DNA of 64,000 nt, taken from contig CM120646.1 in NCBI GenBank assembly GCA_051362555.1, forward strand, positions 13,268,001-13,332,000, written 5' to 3'. Position numbers and translations under genes: made by a program. Positions within the stretch are counted from its first letter, which is position 1; every line of letters begins with the position of its first letter. The DNA comes from Lingula anatina. Lineage: Eukaryota > Animalia > Brachiopoda. The notes beneath the pieces are model-generated. The model was not told the DNA's origin. It searched no databases and worked only from the letters and a program-made list of their open reading frames with translations. Of the stretch, positions 53,701-64,000 are shown one piece after another.

Positions 53701-56700
53701 GGTCCAAGCTCTTCTCACGAAACCAACATTAAGGCAACAAAAACAGCCTATATTTATGAAATACATTCATTAAATTTTCAAAACACATTTGTTTGATCAA
53801 GACATAAGACAGGATCCCATACGCATATCCCTGGAGATTAAAATCGCTGGCTCCAATCCATAACTTAAGGTGAGCACTTTTGCTGATCAAAGTGGTGATG
53901 AAGTTTGCCTCTTCTGGGGTGTGAATGCTCAGTAAATCACCAGCGTTCTCAAGACACCACTGGCGGGAATAGAACCAAGATTTGCTGAAGGAACTCTCTG
54001 TGTAATCGCCATAGAAGTAACAGTGGTCTCCAAAGGACCTCCACTTGTCTCCGCAATTAGCAGTGTCTTAATATAGCGATGAAATGAAAAAAAATGAATA
54101 TTCATTAAACTATTATGACCACCTGAAATAATGTTGAAAGGGTCGCCAGAAAATGTGCAATGCTAGGCGCAATTTGATGGATTTGAAGAAAGAAAAATGA
54201 TACTTCCATTTCATGGCTATTTATATATGCATCAAATAAAGTAATATTACTCACTATGATTGCGGATAATTATACGAAATCTGGTTTTGCATATTGCAAG
54301 AATATGCCTCTTATTTACTAAACATACCCTTCAGCTGTTGCCCTTTGAAAGAAATATGTGAAATTTTCTCTGCTGATAGCAGAATATATAAACGTGACAT
54401 TCTACGCAGTGACGACAAAGTGCCCGAATGCTATCGTCACATTTCTAAAGCATTGTGCAATATTTGCATCATTTTAATAATATTACAATGTCACATATTT
54501 ATTGATTATGATGGCTTTGTCGTCGGTACTGTACGAAGATTCAGGGAAGGGGTATTATGTTGGCTCTTTATTGTCTTCTTGATCATGATCACGGTCTTTG
54601 GTGTCTATAAAGAGTGCTACAACATAACAGCAATACATGAGTGTGCCTTTATCGTGCTTACCAGTGCCTGTCGGTGTGGTTGTACTAGGCAGTGGGGTGG
54701 CGTCATATGGTACCTTGCATATCCATCCCCTGGCGGTGGCGCAGTCATCGTCGCGCCATTTCCCTGTGAGGGGGTGGAAACTGACGCACCTCTCGCGGCC
54801 GTTGTGGTTGTCTGGCTGTCCCACATCCCAGCTGGTGTAGTTGCTCTTAGTTCCGTCGGACCACGTGTGAGATACTGAAGACGATTTTTATTGACTGATA
54901 TGTGATAACATTTTAAATCTACAGATGTTCAGATGCTATTTTACGCTTTCCAAAAGCAGCAAAAATTTTGTCAAAAAATCTTGGAGCGCATTACTTTGAG
55001 AACTTACCAAACATATATCGTAATCAATTACAAAAAATGTAAATCATTATCAAACTTTAAACAGTTAATGTAACCATTTTTTAAATACAAAAAAAAAAAC
55101 AAAAAAAAAAAAAAAAAAACATACACACACACACAAACAAAGAAATGCCAGACGTTGGAAGTTCAAGGTACATTATATAGAAAGTATCATTTAACATCGT
55201 CCACTTACCTGTGCTGTCTTCTTCTAAATGGTATCCAATCCACACGTTTCTTTTATTCACCGAGTATCTACAAATATGTTTTTGTATGCATAGAAATTCT
55301 TGAGACTGCACCATGTATCATAAAAGCTATAATTGCGAATTTTTCCTCGCTAAATCGTACTTTATACATTTCACCTTCTGTTATTTGGTAGGGTAAAGGG
55401 GAAAATCAAATCACTTATGCCACATGGAGTCTGGTGGAAATATTCAAAATTGTTTGAATGTAAGATCAATGTTATATATTGGCCGTATAAACTTCAGAAA
55501 ATTTAATTCAATGTAAATCAAAATATATGGAAATGTGATTGCTTACTTATAGTAATATCCTATAGAACTCATAAACCAGTTCCTCTCCTCGTCGCTGTGA
55601 AAACTGGCCAGGTCACCTCCTTCAGCTCGGCAATAACTTCGTGCCTCTGTCCATGATTTCATGTACTGGCCAGACGTGAAGAAGCCCTGAAATACGTTCT
55701 CACACGTGGTACGTATTTTATTATTATTATTTTTTTTTCATTTTGACTCTCTCAGAACACCGTACCAAAGGTCACCCCGTGGACCAGACAATAACGTTTA
55801 AATGAACCGTGCACATGAAGTAACTTCATACGTACTATTCATGGGTCATTTACATTTATAGTGTCTTATATTTAAACAATGTTTTCACACTCACTGTAAT
55901 CTGTATAACTGTATTAAAATGCATCTTTAGGAAGCACCCTGTATATCAATTCTAACGGCATAAAAGAGTATAATATGTCCTTTTTAACATATGACCAAGA
56001 GCTATCTTCTAACAAAACAAAATGACAGAAACACCACAGAACCAATTGTGACGATTAAGTAAAACAACCATTGCCTGCAATTGCAATTTTCAACGGGTAT
56101 ACTCTATCTGCATAAAACCATACAATATTTTACTGCCACCTTCCCCGTATCCCCCGATTTTACCATCATTTTGGTCATTACCTGCAACTCACTTACAGTG
56201 TGCACTGACCGGATCTAGACAATACCATACCTTATAACATGTAAAATCTCTAATGTACCACCCGTCCCTGCAAGCCGGAGCTGGGGTGGTCGTAGGAGGC
56301 ACTGGAAATATTAGGGTGCAAGGTCAGCAAAAGGATCAAAGTCAGTAGCAGATTCAAGGTTAAAAAAGAATTGAAATGTTTTTTCGTGCTGTTTGCCGGT
56401 ATCGCAGATGTAAATTTACATTTATTTTTGAATGCGTTTCTTTTTAGCTTTTTTTGCAGATACCGTCCTCCATAATAAATAATTTTGATCAACCGTTATA
56501 AATCACTATATCCTGGCAACTTTGTGTGAAATAATTTCCAAAACCTTCAACGCACAGTTTTACTCTATAAGTTTTCTAATATACCTGCATTCTTTGACAA
56601 AGATTGTAAACTGGTACTTTATATGCATATTGAAATTATTTTCATTTATGAAAACAATAACATAAAAATACGGTATCACAAAAAACAATGGTTGGAAATC

Positions 56701-59700
56701 CCGGCTACCTTTTGGCATTTTGCATATGTACCCAGCGGAATATGCGCAATAATATACTTTCCACTTTCCTGTCTCGGGACTCATTTGTACGCACTCTTTA
56801 CGGGCCTCCGTAGACGGCTCTCCGTCAAGCCAGTTCGCGTAATTGAACGGTGTTTTGTCGTGCCAGACGAAAGATCCTGGAATTAAAAAAATGCAGAAAA
56901 TCATCCTGTTAACTTGTTCATACACTTTGTGTATTGTCCCGTTTTTATGTTTATGCAATTAAAATAATTTTATGTTGGTAAAATAGAGCTAATATAATAG
57001 AGCTCATAGAATAAAAGGGAAAAGGATACATGTATCAGTGATCTTGCAACTGGCTGTCCAGAGACCAACAGACCAATCGGCTGACCATCTATCTGGTTCG
57101 AACGAATGAGCAAACGAATGAACTGACGTTAGTTAATTTGCCGTCAGGCCAGCTTTTCGTTCAACCGTACGTTAAAAAACTCACAAGACAACCAAACTAA
57201 ACAGCAAGACAGCGGGTCGGCCGATGGAACCGCCAATTATCGACCGACCCTCTTGTCCTCTGACCGTCGAATAAATGTTCTAGAGATACTGAACAGACTA
57301 ACAAACGAGCAATCAACTGAGCCTCTATCCGTCTGTCGTTTCCAGCAAAGAAGCCTGCAAGCAAACAATTTTAAGTCGAACTAAATGTATATGTTCAACC
57401 AACCAGCCGATCAAACGAAGAAAATTTGGCTCAGAGACAAACAAAGTAGATTGACCATACCATCAGGCTTTCTCCACAGCCCAAGCCATAAGTCACGGCT
57501 ATTAGCTCGTTCTTGCGTGATCATTTTCATAAGGAAATCCATCTCAGCCTGGCTTTCAACTGAGGCCAGCGAGGCACCATGTTTGTAACAGTCGAAATTC
57601 GCTGTGGCCCATCCTCCGAACTTTTTCCCGTCAATCAAGTAGCAGTAGGCACCAAATCCAAACCAGTGCTTGTCGTCAAAACACGTTCCAGGGGGATTGA
57701 CTACCGTTGAAGGGGCCGTGGCTGAAATGACACGTGCACTGTGTGAAATGTATTTGTCAATATTTTACCATACATGGAATAAAGTAAGTATGATCTTTTT
57801 ACAGAATATTACGGAGGGTAGCCGTCTTTTGTCATCTTGGCCTGATGGCAAGCGCAGATTTCAGAATAATTGTGATAACTGCCACGTTGGTGGTGAAATG
57901 GAATTTATTAAATTTGTATGTGTTGTTTGCAACGTTTTTATTGAATCTCATATGAAGATTTTTTTCCCTTTAATTCTCAGTATATAATGTCACTTTTCAG
58001 TGGTTAACTTTATTGTATCAGTTTCTACGGACAGTCCTAGATGAATAAAACGATTCTTTAAGTATGTAAATCGGTAATCGTAAGAGAGCCGGCTATGACG
58101 CATTGTGTGAGGCGGCACACATGTAATATTGTGCTCAGTTTCACTGTATCATTACATTGTCCCCTTTACAGCTACTTACCCGTAGTTCTCTTGCACACCG
58201 CTTTTATTTCCGCACTACAGTCTGTATCGTTCCAGCGACCATTTGGCATAAGGGCAACACACCTTTCCATGTCACCGCGCGTGGGCTCAGAACTTTCCCA
58301 GTTGATGTAATCTACAGGCCACCCGTCTAGCCAGTAATACATGGCCTAAAAGTAAAAGTTTCGAATTGCTGTAACATATTAATCGACAGTTCATCAGTTG
58401 CAATTGACTGGTACCTGTCCATAACTTCTTATTACTTACCAATTACAAGCAGGGAATCCAGCAAATACATAGGGTTAAATCGGGTCAAATCGTTTCCTAG
58501 GGACAAATCGTTTCCTATGGAAAGCCCTAGGGTTTCGAAATTCAAAGCATCTTGAAACATTTTTATAGCTTGGTTATTATACAACAGAACCCTTTCGAAA
58601 ATATATTTACCCCCTTTCTAGTTAATCCTAACCAAATGGGCTCCGGCCGTTCTTTCTGTGTTAGCAACACAACAAAGGCTTGTTCGAACCCATCAGTGAC
58701 CGATACCAAAGTGTCTTGTCTTCTCTCGCATGTGGCCTTGGCCTGTTCCCACGTCATATGTGACGTCACCTGGTAACAGGCGTCACCAAACGAGCTGTAG
58801 CCTAGCGGGCAGTGTGAAGGTGACAGAGAGGGCAGTGGCGTTGGGTAAACCGTATCTAGAATACAATGACGTAAAGTATGTCTTTGGGCATGTTTCCAAA
58901 CATAACTCAAATTTGGAGTTAAGTTTTCGTCTGCTTTAATTTTAGTTATATAAGTGGCCGCCCAGTCAATAATAGAAATTACTGACTTTTATAGGTTTTA
59001 ATTGTATCAATCATAATGACCAAGATCGAATATAGGTGAAGTTTATACCAATCCACGCCTGACAGACGTATCCCAGACGTAGGTTGCAATCCCGCACTCG
59101 CCACCCTCCCGCAGACAGACTAGCAGACGACACACTGATACAGTCATCCTAGAACAGATATAAAGTGTACATGATTTAATTTATCGAAAAGTACTTAAAT
59201 GATATAATTGGACCCGTTTTACAAACAATGCGACGCTGGAATAAGACATTCACAGTGGTAAACAAGGAAATATCTTCCTAATATTTTATTTAAATGCCAA
59301 GCAGGAAAGTCGCATTTAGTCCAGTCTTACCCAGCCTCTGGGTTCCCCATTATCCCAGTACACAAACTCAACGTTAAAGTTATCGATCCACTTATATTTC
59401 TGATAGGAGTATTTTTTCAGGCCAATCCAGAAATCTACTGGGAACTTATCCTTCAAAAGCGTAGCTAGAAAGGCTGAAATGATGGAATGGAATCTGTGAG
59501 CACTGGCATACAGTCCTTATAAAAAACTAATTGTAGTTTGCAAAGTGCATCATGAAAAGTATCACAAGAAGGCTTAAAATTTATGACTTACAAAATAACA
59601 TTTAGAAAATTGCTACTTAAAGTGAAATAATACCCGAATCATCATGAATGATGTGACATTGCATCAAGGGCTTTTTATATCTTATTCTTAATACTGATCG

Positions 59701-62700
59701 GAATTAACGAGCAGGATGGCATAGCATATTGTTAAGATGAACAGAATGTTGTCAAAGTGCTAACCCGCTTCCATGGCGTTTGTCACACTGGCCAAAGTGG
59801 CGTTGTTCGGGCATGCGGACAGCGCATTTGACCAATTCTTTAGCGTATTCGAATCTTCTATGGTCCCCTGTAGAAAGTAGCACTTGTTCCCTGAAATACA
59901 GCACATGAATATCTAGAAGATGACAGTTATCTGTTTCAACTGTTTTCTGAATAAAATATATCATGGTGCTATCTCACACTAATTTAAAATTGTGTCGTTA
60001 CCATTATTATCCGTTCCATGTCTAACTGAACGACTAGCTGACAAACCAAATACCTGCCCAACTGGCTTACGTAACTGAGCCAAACATAAAATCCCTTTTC
60101 ATGCTTTTAAAGAGAAAAACTTACAATAGTGAACCCTCCGCTCAGCAAACTTAGGAGTTGACTATCAATATAAGTGACATGCACTTAAAGATACACCTGT
60201 ATAAGATACAACCCTCTACCAGGGCCAAAGACTGATTTTACTAGATATTCACAGATATATCACTTGTAAATTCATGGTACTTTTCTGTCTCGCGTTAGCG
60301 GTAGGTGCACATAGTTAATCTGCGGCCCTGGTAGATACTATTCAATGAGTTTCAATCATTACCAATAGGCCCCTCAAACCCTGGGGGACAGGTGCCCGTC
60401 CTGGGGGTTGTGGGGGTCGGGGTAGCTGTTGTGCTGCTGTCCTTGTGCCTCTTGCAGATGAATTTGTGTCTTAGTCCACAATTTTCATCTACCCAATGTC
60501 CTGAAAATGGGAAAATGCCCTCGTGGTACATTCGTACGTCTATATATCTATGGCAAGGAGTGGGCGTTTACAGACTCTGGACTATGTCATAAAACAGCGA
60601 GCATACGGAACTTTCAGACATACAAAACACCAAATGAAAGATAATCTGTCAGTCAATGAGGAACAAAACGGGTGCAGCTAGTTTAGATTACAAATAATTA
60701 AACTCACAATTAGCAATAACTGTGAGTGTACTTGTACCTGTGAGTGCATAGTATGATACACATTTTTCACCACCTTCAAAGTCATTAGGTTCACCCACAT
60801 CCCAAGAAATAAAGTTTGTAGGGGTCCCGTCCGACCACCTGATTATTGAAGGGCAATAAATTAAGTTGGATACAAAACATGGACAATTAAAATATAAGTC
60901 ATTATCACGCTCTATATAAATCATTATCACGAAAGCGAAAAAGCCGTTAGAAGCAAGTTACTCAATTGTTACATGCCAAAATATTCAACAAAATGTCAAA
61001 TGTTACGCCTTCATCCATTTTAAAGATTTTGAAACATATAATATTAAGTGTAAGATCAATTATTAAGCGTCAAAATATGCTAAAATTAGTAACTAGACAA
61101 GAAAGTGCTATATTACATCGTGAAAGGGAAAGTGTCGCACAGATGTTTAACTGTGAAATTGGCAGTGAGAAGGCAGGACTGGGCTGCATATACATCTTAC
61201 TTGTAGCTTTCCAAATCTAGCTCATTCAGTCCTATCCAGTAGAGTTTTTCGCTTGGGTACCACTTTGATGTCTAAAATGAGGATCATTAAGAGCAGTCTT
61301 TACCAAGTAAAAAAGTGTTTTTCCTAAAAATACTTCATTTTAAAAATATTCTGCTTGCAAGTCCTTTTCACTCCCTGTCATTTGGAGTGGTATAAACTAC
61401 TAGGGAAGACTGAATTAACCAGTTACAGTAGACCTAATGCCTAGTACAAATTGAATGATATAAGTAACGTGGCATTCTGTAATCATATTCGCTTATTCCC
61501 ATTAACAGGATAGAGGGAATTATTAATAGGCTATTATAAACATTTTATATTATACATGTATTGTGGGTTTACCTCTCCCATTAAAAAGTTATTTTCGTCC
61601 AGATCGTGAACGCTGGCAAGGTTTCCTCCGTTCTGCATACAATATTTCCTGGCATCATGCCATGTTTTGTCCCAGACACCATAACCCGAGCTCAGGAAAT
61701 AACAGTGGTCTTTGTGAGCTCGCCATTTTTCGTCTGAACCACACTGTGGTGCTTTGAAGGAAAGGTAAGCGTTATGCAGAAGTTTAGGAGCATGTTCAAT
61801 TTCAACTGCCCCAAAGTAAACATACAGTCATTAAATAGCTAGCATCGTTATAGTAATATCAATTTTCAATCGAAGCTTGACCAGTAGCTTATTTTTTCAC
61901 GTACATCACAGTTTCAATTAGTGAATATGAAACTGAAGTCATACTATCATAATAGTACACATAGTACACTAGCACACATTTACCTGGCGTTGGTCTAATC
62001 GTTGATTTCGTGTTGTATATCGGATCTCCTGCAGAAGTTTAACAGATAACTTTAACTTTATAATTTAATATAACGTAAAACTAGTTCAGATCGAGGAATT
62101 GTAGATATGATTAAAAGCAATTAATTGGATCTTATATATCTTATATACATTTTTATGCAAATTATGAACGACGATGGACAAAGGTGTTCAAACATATGTA
62201 CATGAAGGAGGCTTTCTAGTGTCGTTACGCCATTTTGTTGCTAAACAATATCTTTTGACAAATCACACCTTTTCGAAACTGGCAAATAATACTTCTCCTT
62301 GCGTAGCAGTTCGAATCGTACCACCTGCCGCTTGACCTGTCAAGTTCTACGCAACTCTCTTGTCCATTGTGGTCATTGGGTTCTCCAGCAGCCCAATACA
62401 CAAAGTCCACTGCTGTCCTGTCCACCCAGGTATAGCCACTGTCCTTGCTTGGTCTGGAGAGTCCAATCCAATACGGATCCCGCCTATCATTGTACACGAA
62501 GAAGGGGCAAGTAAATATGAGGTGTTTTTATTGTATTATATCAATATAATTGCTTGTAAATTAAACAGGTGTCATGACTTAAAGAAGCCGTTTTTTACAC
62601 GGTTTTCATTTATGTCCCATTGCTTGGTTAATTGAAGCGAATTAGTTAGACAACTCTGGAACTCTTCCCGCTGCTGCTGAATCCCCTTCATATTTCGGAA

Positions 62701-63843
62701 CTAGAAAACCTGACACAGTCAATCATACACAAACGTGTGACCATTTGGCAAATGTCATGAGCAAAGAGGTAAATTAAACCTATATTTTAGTAATCGTTGA
62801 AAAAACACCCATAGCATTAACGACAATCTACGCTTCGAAACTTAAACAGCGATACCTATCAAACAAAATGCATTTAATATTATTGACATAAGAAAGTATT
62901 GAATGACTAGTTGGACATGTTAGGCAACAGCATTATGCTATTATGATAGCACGAGACTTAATACACCGGCTGTTATTTTTTTTTGGATAAAGTATAAAAT
63001 ATGCAGCAAAAGAAATAAACATTTCTACGCTGTTTAATTGGATAATCTTATCTAAGCTAATGGAGTTAATGTCCAAGCAAACACACGCACAGAAAAACAA
63101 ATAATTTCAAGAAGGGTGTGAGAAACACAGCCACAATTTGGTCAATTAGAGGACGTAGGGCTTACCGACCGGCTTGGGTCCTGATTGCCCCTTTCAACTG
63201 TGCCTCACTGTGGAAGCTTGCCAGCTCTCCTCCCAGCATCTTGCAGTGGTCAATTGCCTCGAACCACGTGCGCTTTCTGAAACCATGAAGATACTCCATC
63301 TAGAATGAAAAAAGAGAATGGCATCCGAGACACTGTTCAACTTTCTGTCCTTCAAAACAGAATCTCTATCAGGTTTCTAGCTTAAGTCTCCATAGTGAGT
63401 AAAGATCTGCAAATGTTGTATTAACAATGAAGTGCTAGTGTTGTGCACGCAACTACGTAAGTTAGGATGACACTTTACTATCAACCTTACAGAAATACAA
63501 CCTTAAAGCGAAGGCGTCGTACAATGTTTCTCTATCGTCAGTCAATTTGATTCACGGCACAACCGCCAAAATTCAAACCAACATATTTAACTTAACTAAA
63601 CAGATGATGATGATATTTGGCAATTGGCAAATACCTTGTAACAGAAATCACCATACTCCGAGAAGGAATATTGGTTTGGACACTTGGCTGGAGGCGGCGT
63701 AGTAGGCGCCGGCGTCGTGGTGGCATAGTCGCCCCTGCTATACTCGCAGATAAAAGGAATGGTCTCGGAGCATGCTCGGCCAGACCATTCCCCTGTGTTG
63801 CGAGGACTTTTGGTAATTGCCACGCACCTGTCTATGTCATTGC
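47778..63843 (-). CDS. Gene B: second mannose-receptor-like multi-CTLD membrane lectin, 3' part (end of one CTLD plus 10 complete CTLDs, stalk, TM, NPxY tail); 5' end beyond the window
   Basis: Exons 5'->3': 63635-63843, 63166-63299, 62269-62483, 61984-62028, 61573-61751, 61201-61271, 60738-60838, 60363-60500, 59765-59890, 59331-59473, 59049-59148, 58611-58855, 58180-58345, 57461-57721, 56709-56876, 56231-56301, 55547-55686, 55209-55267, 54662-54874, 53823-54066, 53425-53540, 52948-53082, 52551-52679, 52171-52319, (51896-51996?), 51545-51645, 50802-51064, 50313-50478, 49575-49832, 48865-49035, 48506-48649, 47778-48007. TM IAGLVVLCVIIAALLVTIGGIVL; tail IENPMY. One junction (52171 to 51645) needs an extra exon or a shifted acceptor. 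Confidence 0.9.
49234..49403. mobile_element. Short MITE with 15-bp TIRs
   Basis: CAGGCCCGTAGCCAG ... CTGGCTACGGGCCTG, flanked on both sides by TTCTC (possible 5-bp TSD). Confidence 0.75.
51896..51996 (-). CDS. Candidate proline-rich exon of gene B (VIFMSYIPPVLPPILPGNPPPAPIILDYRFGYNG)
   Basis: Good acceptor ctttctacag|GTG, open frame. Its 101 nt repair the phase 0-to-2 mismatch between exons 52171-52319 and 51545-51645. The donor GG|gtgttt is weak. Confidence 0.4.
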
Positions 63844-64000
63844 CTGGTGAGAGGACATGGGTGACACGATGTCATTAACAACCCACGTAGTTTAATATGT
63901 AGGAGACGTACATTGAATGAACTTATTTGTAGTCTTTAAATACAGAGTAAAAACTACATATAAACTTGCATGTGCATGTATGAACGTATACATTAACGTA

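Noticed and set aside
54294-54878. Longest ORF in the track (194 aa, + strand)
   Set aside because: Antisense to a gene B exon plus intron; no recognisable protein features.
57050-57420. Quasi-periodic GACC/AACG-rich intron segment
   Set aside because: Best explained as a decayed tetranucleotide microsatellite; no coding or structural signal.

Overview
AT-rich, intron-rich animal (invertebrate, plausibly lophotrochozoan) genomic DNA, not prokaryotic. Most ORF-track entries are exon fragments or noise. I rebuilt three spliced genes by hand using GT-AG sites and phase continuity. (1) The last 8 coding exons of cytoplasmic dynein 1 intermediate chain (+, 209-4273). (2) A complete mannose-receptor-like gene A (-, 44814->7494; 43 core exons, ~1965 aa): signal peptide, 12 C-type lectin domains (CTLDs), S/T/P stalk, TM helix and an FDNAAY/NPVF tail. 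(3) The 3' part of a tandem paralogue, gene B (-, >63843->47778), in which the last five CTLDs are duplicated as a block and one duplicate has switched from EPN to QPD. Gene A introns contain a tRNA-Ser(AGA), two Helentron/HINE-like elements with 146-bp satellite arrays (each monomer carrying a cluster of AGGTCA nuclear-receptor half-sites), Tourist-like MITEs, candidate microexons and several tandem duplications of splice junctions. CpG density appears to rise sharply near 37.8 kb, inside gene A.
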